Below, piece after piece: positions 37,102 through 51,823 of a stretch of DNA of 64,000 nt. A model generated the notes under the pieces. It searched no databases. It was not told the DNA's origin and saw only the letters and a program-made list of their open reading frames with translations. This DNA comes from Paecilomyces variotii (Eukaryota): the NCBI GenBank assembly GCA_004022145.1, contig RCNU01000010.1; one strand, given 5' to 3'. A program made the position numbers and the translations under genes. Every line of letters starts with the position of its first letter. Position 1 is the first letter of the stretch.

Positions 37102-38124
37102 AGTGATGGTATTTGCGACCGGAATGGACGATTGTTCTATAGGTGGAGCTGGTTAAGTGGACGCCTGATAAGGCGACCGTTGGCAAGTGGCTGGGGCTGA
37201 GACCGCGGACACAGCGGTATATAACAGTATCGAGGGTAATTGAGAATCTAAAGGACGTTGAAAGAGAATTACTACATAAAATGGCTGGACGGGGCGAGTG
37301 TAGGCCGTCAACGATGGATAATGAAGCGGGCTGGAGAGGCAGTAGTAGGTTCGCGGGCGGTGATGATGCTGAAGCGGATCCTGTCTGGAAGACTCGACCA
37401 GTCAACTGTTGGTCGCGCGGAATCTCCGACAGGAACGGGCACGTGAGGATCAGTCGAATCGAATGCCCGTTCGGGTGATACAGTATTTAAATATATCTCA
37501 TCGACCTGTCATCTGACGGCATCACGCTCACTTCTAGATAGTGAAGGATGGAGTCAGATGGCTGGTTCCTGGGGTTTGGTCTTCGTGTCCTATATAAGTA
37601 TGTGGTGTTCTCGTCTTTCGGTTCTCTTGGTTGAGACAGGAGACGACCTCTATCTCCAGCGCTAATCGCGACCCCCGCAGTACTCCGCGAAAAGCAAAGG
37701 GGGCTTCTCAGACAAGACTACTAATTATTGTTATCTTTTGCTCCATATTGTTCTTGAAGTCGATCCACATTCCACTCTGAAGCACATTAAATGAACCGTG
37801 GTTCCACTGCAGAAACTCGGTTTATCTCCCGAAGTACTATTTCCCCGGGTTCTCCGCACAAGCAGTAACAAGTAATTAACCGACTGTCTGCTTTACGCTC
37901 TGTATTGTGGCAAGAGATCCTTCTCTGAAGAGCTTCTGGGGTATTTCTATGCACCTCAAAAGGACTTGATTAGCAGTTGTTGCGGACTGCTTTTAACATG
38001 CGGCGCCCTGTGACACCTTGAAAGAACGTTATTACTTTTGAAGGTTGTCTTCAAAAGCCTTGAAAGGCAGTCGCTTGGTGCTGGGATAGATCACTTCTCC
38101 TTGTATCCATGAAGTTCAACTTCC

Positions 38125-39811
38125 ATGCCTCCAAAGCGAGTTGCGATAATAGGGGGAGGATGCGCAGGTATCAGTTCACTCTGGGCGTTGAGAGATTCAG
38201 GCCATGAAGTGCATCTATTTGAATCATCTGATAAACTTGGTGGCCGTCTAAAAACGCTTCCTTTTGAAGAAAGTGGTCGTCGAATCGATGTTGATACAGG
38301 ACCAGTGTTCTTCAATGCACATGCTTCCCGTCAGTGTGACCAAATACGACTATCTTTCTTCCATGCTGACCGTAACCAGCCAATTTTGACTCTCTCATTG
38401 ATTGTCTCGGACTGCATACGTCTGAAGGGAGACTGAGCTTTGGCTTCTCTCAAGGGAGCCGCATTTTCCAATGGGGAAGTAGTCTCCTGAGAGATGTGCT
38501 CTTTCATCCAGGGACATTCTGCAGCCTGGAAACATGGCAAACGATATTCGACGTAGTCAGATTCAAGTATCTGGCTGCTGATGTCTTGGCCAATGAGGTG
38601 GAGGATCTCGGCTTCCTACCCAGCGTCCGAGACTATCTTGCAAAAGAAGGCTATTCTCACAGCTTTTGTGAGAGTTACTTGGTCCCTTTGCTTTCAGAAC
38701 TATGGAGAACGAATTCGGCAAAGTGCCTCTCAAGCCTTCCTATCAAGCCCTTGATTCGCTTTCTGCATGACCATGGGATCTTGAGCACTTCAGGGCGAAC
38801 ACCAGAATGGCAAACGATCCAAGGAGGAGCAGAAAAACTTATAAAAGCCATGACCAGAACTATCCCAGCAGATAGGCTCCATTTGAAGGCGCGAGTCGTA
38901 AATGTTGAGCCTGCCGACATGACCGCCGGCTACACTCTACATACCAGTGACAGCCAGTCATCCGATTTCGATCACATAATATATGCCGTCGACGGCGAAG
39001 AGATTCTTAAAATATGCGGTTCACTACTAGATGTTCAGGAGATCAATATCATTAGTGAGCTTCGCACGTCGAAGACCGTTGGCGTCCTCCATTCCGATAC
39101 TTCTGTAAGTGACTGCATGCTAAAATTTGCCCCATTGCGAGCTTTATCTTTAGCTATTTTCAGGAGACTAGCCAATATCTACTAGATCTCATCTTTCTGC
39201 AAAACTCACTAACACCGCCCCAGCTCATGCCCAACGACTCACAGCGGTGGTCCGCTTGCAACTACATCTCGAACCCATACTCGAAACCCAAATCTTCGCA
39301 ACCCCAAGCATGCCTCACCTTCTGGGCGAACAACACCCAAAACATCCCATACTCTAAATTCGGCGACGTCTTCATCACCCTTAACCCCTTCACTCCACCT
39401 CATCCTCGCCTCGTGCAAGGGATCTGGGAATACACTTCCCCCGAACTGAGCGCATCAGCACTAAACGCAGAGCGAGAGCTTCCCACAATCCAAAATACAA
39501 AAGGCCTCAGCTACTGCGGTTCTTGGACGGGTTTTAACTTCTATGAAGAAACAGTCACGAATGGGCTGAGAGTCGCTGTTGAGCATTTGGGCGCAGAGCT
39601 CCCGTTCCAGCTGGTTGATCACCAAGCAGCTCAGGTTTCTGCTTCAGGTCGTTTTAGTAGTTTGAAGAATATGGTCATTAGGATGATACTGAGGCTGCTT
39701 GGCTTCTATATATGGATGGGTGGGATACTGCTTCGCCTTTTGGGCTTGATTAGCGTTGTGAGGTTTACGTCGGAAAGGAGCAGTAATGCTAAGAGTTGGA
39801 AGGCTGTGTGA
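38125..39811 (+). CDS. FAD-dependent oxidoreductase, amine-oxidase/COG2907-like family, divergent
   Basis: Exons 38125-38329, 38380-39104, 39224-39811. Rossmann motif VAIIGGGCAG..FE..KLGG, VDTG, LHSDTSLMP..WSACNY, VFITLNP, CGSWTG; hydrophobic C-terminal tail. Confidence 0.8.
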
Positions 39812-40203
39812 ACTCCTGTTGGGAAATTGGATATGCCTAGATAGTTTTGGGAATTTACATTTTTCATACTTGTTAAAGCCTCACCTAAGCGTAGGGGCTA
39901 CGTTATATGATAACGAGCAGCGTAAGGAAAAAACTCGATAATTTCTTTTTTTCTTTGAAGGACAAAAGTACTGTTACATAAATCCTGGCCCTGATACATT
40001 AATACTGCAAACAAGCACGGAGGTAATGAAAAGCCAGCAAGGGAAAAGGCAAAGTATTCTTTGTGTGTCATTGAATACTTCACACCATCCTGATTTTATT
40101 CCACCCTTCGTGATAATCTCGAAAAAAAATACTAGATGCGACGACTCTCGTAACTCCGAACTTGATTTCCCTTGTTTGTTTGTCTCCTCCCCGTTTCGTT
40201 CAT

Positions 40204-41710
<1,507 letters not shown>

Positions 41711-42106
41711 GATGGAGGGTTGCAGCCTCACTCAGAAGCCGCACAGCACTCGCGTAAGACTTGGAGTAAAGAACTAACGTCGTTAGGAAGCTCGAAGGGT
41801 CCGTAGATGGGCGCGGGGAATCGTGAACAGGATGATCTGAGGAGCTTCAGTCGATGTTCTCGCGGAGAGGCTGTTGGTCTCGCCGAAATTCACAGCGCGC
41901 GCAAGGCTGGACAAAACATCCAATCACAGATCCCTTTTGCCAAGGCGGTCAACCACCCCAAATTCTTCTTGAACAAGCTGCTCCGCCGACACCTTCAACC
42001 GTCTCCCAAAAGTCCAAGTCAAAGGGCTCGGCTACGCCTTCTTTTATCTTGTGAGATCCTTTTTCTTGTGATGGTTGAGGCCTAGTCCTCTACTTTGATC
42101 GTCACA

Positions 42107-42772
42107 ATGGCAGGCCTCACTACCAGCATGGGTCTCTCATTCCCGTCTTCCATCACCGCGGCCTTCCGCGGTCTCTCCTTGACATCGAAGCGCTCATTCT
42201 CCACGACTCTGTCGACGCAAAAGACCAAACAACTGCCCGACTACATTCCTCCGTACCCATATGGACCCAATTACATCTACAAACAATCCAACAGCGGTCT
42301 GTATGGGGGTACTATGATCCAATTCGGAAACAAGATTTCGCAAGGAAGAAATCACGGGCGGACGAGGCGGTCATGGAAGCCAAACGTGCGACGCAAGAAG
42401 ATACACAGTGAAGCTCTCGGAGAGGATCTCTACATCAAGGTTACCCGCCGGGCCTTACGAACGATATACAAGTCGGGTGGATTGGATAACTACCTTCTGG
42501 ATGACCGACCAGGAAGGATCAAGGAACTCGGTGTTTTTGGTTGGCAGTTGAGGTGGAGGATTATGCAGACGCCAAAGATCCAAGAGCAGTTCAGGGAGCA
42601 GAGAAAGAAGCTGGGTCTTCCGGAGCCTCCCTCGTTCGAGGAGTGGGTGAAGCAGAAGGAGCAGGAGATCAACCAGGCCATTGAGAAGGACAGAAACATC
42701 AAGGAGGAGACGAAACCCACCATTCCCACAAATGCAAGCACATCGCCTGCCTCAGAGGAATCACGAGTCTAG
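42107..42772 (+). CDS. MRPL24: Mitochondrial large-subunit ribosomal protein bL28m (yeast MrpL24)
   Basis: YKQSNSGLYGGTMIQFGNKIS...RTRRSWKPNV...IYKSGGLDNYLL; presequence-like N-terminus. Confidence 0.92.
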   Translation: MAGLTTSMGLSFPSSITAAFRGLSLTSKRSFSTTLSTQKTKQLPDYIPPYPYGPNYIYKQSNSGLYGGTMIQFGNKISQGRNHGRTRRSWKPNVRRKKIHSEALGEDLYIKVTRRALRTIYKSGGLDNYLLDDRPGRIKELGVFGWQLRWRIMQTPKIQEQFREQRKKLGLPEPPSFEEWVKQKEQEINQAIEKDRNIKEETKPTIPTNASTSPASEESRV

Positions 42773-43650
42773 ATAGCTCTCGAGTTCGGGGGCTTGGGGA
42801 ATCGGCCGAGAGGAGACACGTTATGTACCATTATCAACACGGTGACGCTGCTCTAGTCAAGCGGCATACTTTGGGACGTCGCTTGTTTTCTCACGGACAC
42901 TGGAGGAGTTCGGAAGATCAGTGACACGTCCATACATCATTTCTGTCGGAATTGTATATCAAACATCTCTGCATGTCGTTATAAGTTAAATTGATACGGT
43001 TTATTGCACACAATGCTCGTTTGTATCGAGTACTTATCCATCTCGGGATGAGATACCATGCTTAGGTTCTTAATTGTCTCAGGCATCTATATTCCCTTAA
43101 ACCTTAGGCCGATACCAGAGGTGAAAGGTTATAGTCTCAGTTTCTACGGACAAAAGAGTAGGCGGAAACGCGATGGTATGAGCCCGTATCATAGCAATAG
43201 ACCATCTTGCTACAAATACATGAGACCTGCTCTATTAGTACCCCACATGACGTTGGTTAAGTGACTATAAATCATCATTATTTCCAAACTTTTGGTGTCT
43301 GTTGTCGAGCACTAAATGTATATATATATCGATACATTGGTCGCATTGAACTAGCTGGAATTAACCAACAACACAACGCAAACACGCCACACAAGCTGCT
43401 TCCAAGGAAATCTAGAGACATTTCCAGTACTATACCTGGCAGCTAATACATCGAGAAATGTCCATCGCTATCATTGTCCACGGAGGACATTTCCGCAAAG
43501 TCACTGGGAAAAAAGATGACCCGGGCCGCCTATCTGGCTCGATCCGTCGCGAAGGAGGGATCAAGGAGATCTGCTATGTCGTGATTAAAGAGAAATAGAC
43601 ATTTTCTCAAGTCTCCCAGCATCGGCACGCTGGGGGGACTTACTGTCGCA

Positions 43651-44742
43651 ATGCAGTTCGCTTTACCTCCGCGGAAGAGCCCTCATGCTCATCCTTACCC
43701 TCGTTCATCCCGTCTGTCGTTCCAGCGCCGTAGACAACTGAAGGCTGCCGCAGTGCTAGGCTTCGCCTTGCTTTCCATCCTTTTCCTCGCCTCACACTTC
43801 TTCTCATCTTCGGATACGGAATCTGCTGCGATCCTCTCCAGCGCTCCAGAGGTGGTGCTGGTCACCGTGTTTGACCGTGACGTCTTGAGCAAGAGCTATA
43901 TCGAGAAAGTCAAGAAGAACCGCGAATACTATGCTGCGCGACACGGTAAGCATTGCCCCTCAGTCCATCGCGAGATAATTTCCAAGCTGATACAGTCGAA
44001 GGCTACGCGAATTTTTTTGCGAACGTTTCGGACTACGAATATGCTTTGAACAACGCCCCTCGAAGCTGGGCTGTTGTCCCTGCGGTCCGCCATGCCATGA
44101 CACAGCACCCTCATTCGGCATACTTCTTCCATCTGAGCCCCCATAGCCTAATCATGAACCCGAGCGTCTCCATGAAATCCCTTGTCACGGATTCTAAGCG
44201 TCTTGAGTCTCTTATGATCAAGGATATCCCTGTGGTTCCTCCGGACAGTGTGATCAGGACATTTTCTCATTTGCAGGGTCAGGATGTCGACTTGATTCTC
44301 ACACAGGACAAGGAAGATTTGAGCTCTGGCAGCTTCATTATCAGACAGGGTACCTGGGGGAAATATTTCTTGGATGTCTGGTTCGACCCTCTGTATCGCA
44401 ATTATAATTTCGCAAAGGCCGAGATTCATGCTCTGGTAAGCCGCCACACGAGACATCACGGTTTCCTTTAATGATGAGAAGAAGCCGCCTATTAACACCC
44501 TCCTCTCATTATAGGACCACATCGTGCAATGGCACCCGACTATCCTAGCGAAACTGGCCCTCGTTCCGCAACGTATCATAAACGCTTACAGCAGAGATTC
44601 CAACGGAGCAACAACCGATGGTACATATAAGGAGGGCGACTTCCTGATTCGTGCAATGGGCTGTGATACGGAAGTGAAACGCAACTGTGAGCAGGAGCTG
44701 GAACCTTACTACAGCCAATGGCAGAGATCGATTTCCCATTAG
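43651..44742 (+). CDS. MNN11: Golgi mannan polymerase II subunit Mnn11 (GT34 alpha-1,6-mannosyltransferase)
   Basis: Exons 43651-43945, 44002-44435, 44515-44742. MQFALPPRKS start, type II TM anchor, NREYYAARHGY, DIPVVPPDSVIRTF, WFDPLYRNYNF, HIVQWHPTILAKLALVPQRIINAY. Confidence 0.88.
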
Positions 44743-45350
44743 GCAATTTAACAACATTTTACGGTACGATGTCAACGTGGGGACGTAATGAACAGAATTA
44801 TTATCATCGACGAATGTGCATTTTCTTTTCTTATTTTCGCACCGAGAAGAGGAGGGTCTCCGCCATGTGCATTTGATCTGGTTTTATTAGGGTGCCTGAG
44901 GGATCTCAATATGTATTGTTTTTGAACCTTTCTGGTTCATGTACTTGTTCTTTTAACCATTTAGACGTTTTTCACCTAAATAAAATAATACAGAGAGAAA
45001 TACTGCAAGTTTTGTATATCTTATTCTGTAGAATTATAATACAGGTATAACACTAAGCTAATTATAGTAATACTGTTTTGTCTCTTTTTGGTCTCGCGGC
45101 GGAATGCTTGCGGGACCCCTTCGTTCCTCATTTCACCATCTATAGGCCGTATCGATACAATCACTAACACCATATCCGCATGTCATGCTCTATTAATCGT
45201 GGCTGGGGATGGTGATTCGGTCTTTGCTTCTGTGGTTACTGGCCGCCTCGAGTGCCATGTCTTGATGATGACGGAGCGTCAACTGCTTTGGCAATGATTT
45301 ACCTCCTAGGCTATCACCGACATCATGAATCGCCCGAGTTGTTTGTAATT

Positions 45351-46440
45351 TTAAACAATAGGAGGGAGCATCGTGAACTTCTTGGGCTTGTACTTGCCAC
45401 CAAATTCCTTGCGGTATCGACGCTCCTTGCCACGGGCCCAGATAGCCATCTGGGTGGTACCAACGATCAGGAAGAGCAGAACACTCCAGCTCAGACCACT
45501 CAGCAGATAGACACCAATCCAGGCAATCACCTCGAACATATAGTTAGGGCAGGTGACCAGACCGAACCCGAATCCTCTGGGGATACCTCTTTCCGTGGAT
45601 CCAGGCTTGCGGAGACCACGAAGCACCAGGTGAGTGTTCAAGTTGGCAATTTCACCGAATGCAAAGAGTGCGAGACCGCTGTACAGGAGGATAGTGTTAG
45701 GCTCGTCTGACGCAGCAGCAGCATCAGGACGGAAGACCCAGTATGCAATGTTGAGACCGGCTAGGAACCAGTAGTGTGCGCAGTTCTTGAAGATGTTACG
45801 CGCAGGCATGGTTGCGGAGCTGAAACGGTGGACGAAGATCGTTTCGAGCTCTCGCTTGAGGAAGTGGATTGTGAGAAGTGCGCATATGAGAACTTGGAGA
45901 CTGGAAGGTTCAGGAATAGGCTTGTCGAAGTTGAAGTAAATATAAGGCCGTAGGACATAAAGGATCAATGCCGGAATGACAAGTGGGCCGAAATACTCGA
46001 TGATGTAGACGGTTCTCCATCCCGCCTGAGGGCCTTAAAGCAAAAGCAGAGTTAGATATAGTTTTGTAAAAAGAGAGGGTGATGCTTTTTATCAGACAGG
46101 GATGCGCGGCACACACCAAGATCTTTGACGTGAACCAAGCTGTTGTTCTCAAGTCCAACATCCTCAAGAGTCTTGTCCTTTGAATTCGGGACAACGGTCT
46201 TGTCGACACCTTTGGTGATTCTCAAACGGTGGATCGAATATCCAGTAGCCTGGGCAAGGGAGGCATAGATTTCCTGTGTAGAGGTGTTGGAAGGAACCTG
46301 GAGTTCTTTGGGGAGCTTGCGAATCCGCTTGCCTGGCAAGATGTGAGCCCGATTGATCAATAGGATCTTAGATGTGAGAATATCTCTTGTGACAACTGAC
46401 CTCTTGGCTCGACATTGAGCGTAATGACCTGGGACGCCAT
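45351..46440 (-). CDS. TSC13: Very-long-chain trans-2,3-enoyl-CoA reductase (steroid 5-alpha-reductase family)
   Basis: Exons 46440-46401, 46332-46117, 46033-45351. Ubiquitin-like N-terminus, VKDLGPQAGWRTVYIIEYFGP, HFLKRELETIFVHRFS, NIFKNCAHYW, CPNYMFE. Confidence 0.93.
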
Positions 46441-48182
46441 CCTTGTAACGATCTCTGGTCGATGTTTTTTATGCCCCGAAATGGCAACTTGCGAAGTAGG
46501 AGATCGAGAGGAGGTCAGTCAAAGATCAATGAGTTGACGGCAAGCTCACGAGATCGAGACCAGCAGATGGAGCCAGGTAGGCCGGATACGCAGAGGCAGA
46601 CTACTGACAACCGTGTGCCTGCTGAAAATGGGCGAGGTGGTGAACTCAACAGTGTATTGGGAAGCTTTATGTCACATGACGGGAGGTCTCCCCAAAGTGC
46701 CGCGGTCGGCGGACATCAATTCAGATTCCCGATGCAAGGTCCATGGCAATAGTCACAACACCCTAGACGAGAGCCTAGATAAGGGAGCACAGTTCCGCAG
46801 CGTATCATTTCAAGACTTTGCAACATACGTCCGCCATAGAGCCTGATATCTGAACAATGGCGCAGCTGACCGTAGTAGCAACTTTTCCAGCCTGTCTAGT
46901 TATGAAAGTGTGTGAAACCCGAGCTTGGACACTCTCACTCCTTTGCAAGGTTCTTATCGGTGGATAAACCCCAAGCTGAGGCCCAAGTCTTCTAATATGC
47001 TCCTCTTCTAATTATGATTGGCAAGGCAATATAACGTATTCAGCAGAGTCCATCACGGAGTGCTGCAGATTCAAGCATACGGCATGCTATGTCAATTCGA
47101 ATCTGGCACTCTGTTTCTTGACGCGGAGAGAGAATACGATGTTTGTTTGTGGCCCTTGGGCCGTCTTTACGCCATAGTTTGCTTGTACAGCGTGGCACTG
47201 CGCGTTCTAAGCTTGTTTGAGTGTGGTCTCAGGGTCTAAAGTGAGCACAATGATCATATAGCCGGCGATCGTGACAATTTCCGGCAGCCAGTCCTTCAAT
47301 GACCCGGATGGGCTGACCAACCAGATCAGAGAATATCACGCATAACTTACACAATCCGATTGAGCTTCACCTGTCTTGAGTATGCATGCTGGACACTGCT
47401 ACCGACACCCGGGTGGGCATGGATGCCAAATCTCCGGCCGCGGACTGGCCCGAGATTTCGGTCTATCTGAGTATCCTTTTGCTCGGCGCCGCTGCTCCCG
47501 CTTCTTGCCTCAAGGCTCAAGGGCCCCTTCTCCCAGCCATTGGCACTGAGGTGCCAACGAAGCAGAATGTTCAGGAAAAGCAGATTCGACCGTGACACGT
47601 ACGAATCAAGGAATTGCGTTCTTCAGCACTCAGCCGAGCACCCCGTAGTATCCTGTTTACTACCCAGGAAGCCAACATCATCATGGCGAGCTGCGTCAAC
47701 CGTGCTGGCTCCACCATTTCCGATCGATCTACTTACTCTAGTTCAGCCTACTCTCAGCCGCAGAAAGTTTTGAGCTTCTCTAGCCTTCTCATAAAACTAG
47801 CCGTTCCTTTTTCCGAAATTTAAGCAGTAGGTATCTCCACATCATTGCTTGTCTTGCTACACGTTCACCTTCCCACAGTTGTTGTGCGACCTGCGATTGC
47901 CCTGATTGTTGTGTTGTTCGATTGCCATTGCTAGTATAGGTAGATCGTTGAAGCAGACCTTCACTAATGTTTACTATTCAAAAGTACCCGATATAAAGTT
48001 TGCTTTGAACTTCAGTGGTAAGTTCGGGATCTTGAGGTAAACATTTGTGGTCCCGCTCCTTCCTGATATCTCCTATAAAGCATTCATCCAAAACAACATC
48101 GACCATGCATTTCTTCTAGATAGATGTCTAGAAAGTCCCTGTCTCGGCGAACAAATTATCCCTTCGGACAATTTTGCTGCGT

Positions 48183-48218
48183 CCAAAATATTATTCCTAC
48201 CCAAAATATCATTCCTAA
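48183..48218. repeat. 18-nt imperfect tandem duplication upstream of ppoA
   Basis: ccaaaatattattcctac / ccaaaatatcattcctaa; the second copy supplies a CTAAC branch-like motif. Confidence 0.7.
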
Positions 48219-48276
48219 CGCTTGTCTATACTAGCATACATAGTATTCCTACGTCATTCGTGTCACTGCATCCATA

Positions 48277-51200
48277 ATGGCCAAATCGGACCGGAACTCC
48301 ATTCGTGGTGAGATCAAGAGATCGTTCTCCCAGTTGAATAAAGTCATTACTGCTTCGTTGAGGTCCTTGCCGACAGAGACAGGGGACAGAACCTATGTCA
48401 CGGAGCCTTCAGCCACGACTGGAGTATTGAAGGATCTCGGCCACGTACACATTAAGGATGTGGAAACCCTGATCGACGTGACCAAAAGCGCTGCCACCGG
48501 CGAGCCCGTCAATGACAGAGAATATATCATGGAAAGAGTCATTCAGGTAAGGAACAATTGCTCAGAGGACGACTGCATATCTAATAAACCGCAGCTTGCT
48601 GCAGAGTTGCCTTCTACGTCTCGTAACGGCAAAGCTTTGACGAACACTTTCTTAACCCAACTATGGAATGATCTGAAGCATCCACCGCTGTCGTAGGTTC
48701 ATTCTGGAATAGACATGGAATATGTATGATCGCATCTGACATCGTGCAGCTACCTCGGGAGCGAGTTCGCTTACCGCCAAGCCGATGGATCTAATAATGT
48801 GGGTTGATCATTCTTTAAAACGATTGTATACCTGCTAACGTCTGACAGAACATCATGGCGCCTCATATTGGCCAAGCAGGATCGTCGTACGCAAGATCTG
48901 TGCGCCCCAAGACGATGCTTCCAGGAGCTCTACCTGAACCGGATGTTTTGTTTGACTGCCTTTTGGAACGGAAGAAGTTCAAGGAACACCCAAACAAGAT
49001 CTCAAGCATTCTCTTCTATATAGCGTCGATCATCATTCATGGTAAGCATCCCAATTCTTTGTTGACGTGACTCAAGGCTAAGATCATCTTAGATATTTTC
49101 CTCACGGATCATGAAGATTACACTAGATCGCTTACCTCTTCGTACCTTGACTTATCGCCGCTATATGGCAATAATCAGGAAGAACAGAATGCTGTCCGAA
49201 CTTTCCGAGATGGTAAACTCAAACCCGACTGTTTCTCTTCGAAACGGGTCCTAGGCTTCCCGCCTGGTGTTGGCGTGCTTCTCATCATGTTCAACCGCTT
49301 TCACAATTATGTTGTCGAAAACCTGGCCAAAATCAACGAAAACGGACGCTTCACAAAGCCAGCCGAGTCAAACACGAAGGCCTATGCAAAGTATGACAAC
49401 GATCTCTTCCAGACTGGCCGACTGGTGACTTGCGGACTCTACGTCAATATCATACTGAAAGATTATGTCCGCACAATTCTGAATATCAACCGCACGGACA
49501 GCGTCTGGAGCTTGGACCCTCGCACTGAAATGAAGAACAGCGCTTTTGGTGAAGCCCCGGCCGAGGCAACAGGCAATCAAGTGTCTGCTGAATTCAACCT
49601 TGTGTATAGGTGGCATTCTTGCATTTCTCAACGCGATACGAAATGGACAGAAGAGGTATACAACAAAATATTCCCAGGAAAAGACTCAGACCAAGTCAGC
49701 ATACAGGACTTTGTCCAAGGTCTTGGACACTGGGAAGCTAAGCTGCCCCAAGACCCTCAAGAATACCCATTTGCCGACCTGAAACGTGGAGGAGATGGTT
49801 TGTTCAACGATGATGACTTAGTGAAGATATTTGCCGAGAGCGTTGAAGACGTTGCCGGCGCCTTCGGTGCATCCCACGTGCCGACGGTCTTAAAGGCCGT
49901 CGAAGTTTTGGGCATCAAGCAAGCTCGTTCATGGAACTTGGCAACCCTCAATGAGTTTAGGGACTATTTCAATCTTGCCCCATACAAGACATTCGAGGAG
50001 ATAAATCCCGACCCGTATATTGCTGACCAGCTTCGCCGCCTCTACGACCACCCTGATTATGTCGAGATCTACCCCGGTGTCATAGTTGAAGACGCGAAGG
50101 AGCCTATGGTAGGCAGTGGGCTTTGCACCAACTTCACGATCTCCAGGGCAATCCTGTCGGATGCAGTTGCGTTAGTCAGAGGAGACCGATTCTACACTAT
50201 TGACTACACGCCTAAGCAACTCACGAACTGGGCATATAATGAAGTCAACTATGATACTTCTGTCGACGGGGGTCAAGTCTTCTACAAGCTTGTGTTGCGT
50301 GCTTTCCCTAACCATTTTAAGGGAAATTCCGTATATGCACACTTCCCGATGGTCGTGCCGTCCGAAAACAAAAAGATACTCACTGATCTGGGCCTTGACC
50401 ACAAGTACAGCTGGGATATACCTGCCAGAATTCCCCAGCCGGAGTGGATTTCGTCTCATTCTGCCTGCACCACTATCCTCGGTGATAAGGAGAGATTCAA
50501 AGTGACATGGGGAGAAACAATCGAATTTCTGATGAATCGCGACGGTCATCCTTACGGTAAAAACTTCATGTTGTCTGGAGATGGCCCTCCTAATGCCTCT
50601 TCGCGCAAGATGATGGGAGCAGCACTGTATCGCCAAAAATGGGAGGCTGAAACTAAAGCTTTCTACAAAGACATCACCCTGAAGCTACTGAAAGAGAATT
50701 CTTACAAGCTTGCTGGCGTCAACCAGGTTGACATTGTCCGTGACATTGCGAATCCTGCTCAAGTGCACTTCTGTGCAAGTGTCTTCTCCTTGCCCCTGAA
50801 AACAGAGTCGAACCCAAGGGGCATATTTGCAGATTCGGAACTCTACATGATAATGGCGGGGGTATTTGCTTGCATATTCTACGATGTGGATCCAGCAAAA
50901 TCCTTCCTACTCCGTGAATCCGCGCGCCAGGCCACTCAACAGCTTGGTCAACTGGTGATGGCGAACGTTGAAATCATTAGTAAGAGTGGGCTCATTGCAA
51001 GCCTGGTAGACTATTTCCATCGACATGATGTTCTATCGGATTATGGTACCCACATGATCCAACGTCTGCTAGCAAGCGGGCTGCCGCCACAAGAGATCGT
51101 ATGGACGCACATCCTACCCACCGCAGGTGGTATGGTTGCAAACCAGGCCCAGCTGTTCTCCCAATGTCTTGACTATTATCTTTCGGACGAAGGCTCTGTT

Positions 51201-51823
51201 CATTTGGCCGAGATAAACAGGTTGGCGAAGGAAGATACGCCGGAAGCTGATGATCTGCTGATGAGATAGTGAGTCAATAACCCGATTGACATGAGACGTC
51301 CTTGACTGACAAATGTAGCTTTATGGAGGGCGCGCGGTTGCGATGTTCAGTTGGATTACCTCGTGAGGTGGCAAAGCCCTCTGTCATAGAAGACGAGGGT
51401 AAGAAGCTGAACCTGAAACCGGGACAGAAGGTCATATGCAACCTTGTATGTGCTCACTGATTCTTTTGTCGAAGTCTGAAGAAACCCCACTGATTGATTC
51501 CACTCCAGGTTGCTGCCTCCATGGATCCGTCTGTTTTCCCCGAGCCTGAGAAAGTCAGACTTGACCGCGACATGGACGCATACATGCACTTTGGCTTTGG
51601 ACCCCATCAGTGCTTGGGTTATGGAATTTGCCGCCTTGCTCTTACCACTATGCTGAAGGTCGTCGGCCGGCTTGACAACCTGCGTCGAGCCCCTGGGTCC
51701 CAGGGTCATCTGAAGAGACTTGCAGCAGCAGGAGGGATTTCCGAGTACATGACTGCGGATCATAGCAGCTACTTCCCATTCCCAACGACGATGAAGATTC
51801 AGTGGGACGGAGAGATAGTGTAA
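48277..51823 (+). CDS. ppoA: Fatty-acid dioxygenase-cytochrome P450 fusion, 5,8-linoleate diol synthase type (psi-producing oxygenase A)
   Basis: Seven exons: 48277-48546, 48595-48692, 48750-48798, 48849-49041, 49093-51268, 51319-51445, 51509-51823. Distal His in SIIIHD, catalytic Tyr and proximal His in EFNLVYRWH, ANQAQ motif, intact P450 thiolate HFGFGPHQCLG; N-terminus resembles PpoA rather than PpoC. Confidence 0.92.

Noticed and set aside
49030..49115. PpoA motif reads HDIFLTD instead of the usual HDLFQTD
   Set aside because: Distal His, catalytic Tyr, proximal His and P450 Cys are intact; I know of no catalytic role for the changed position.
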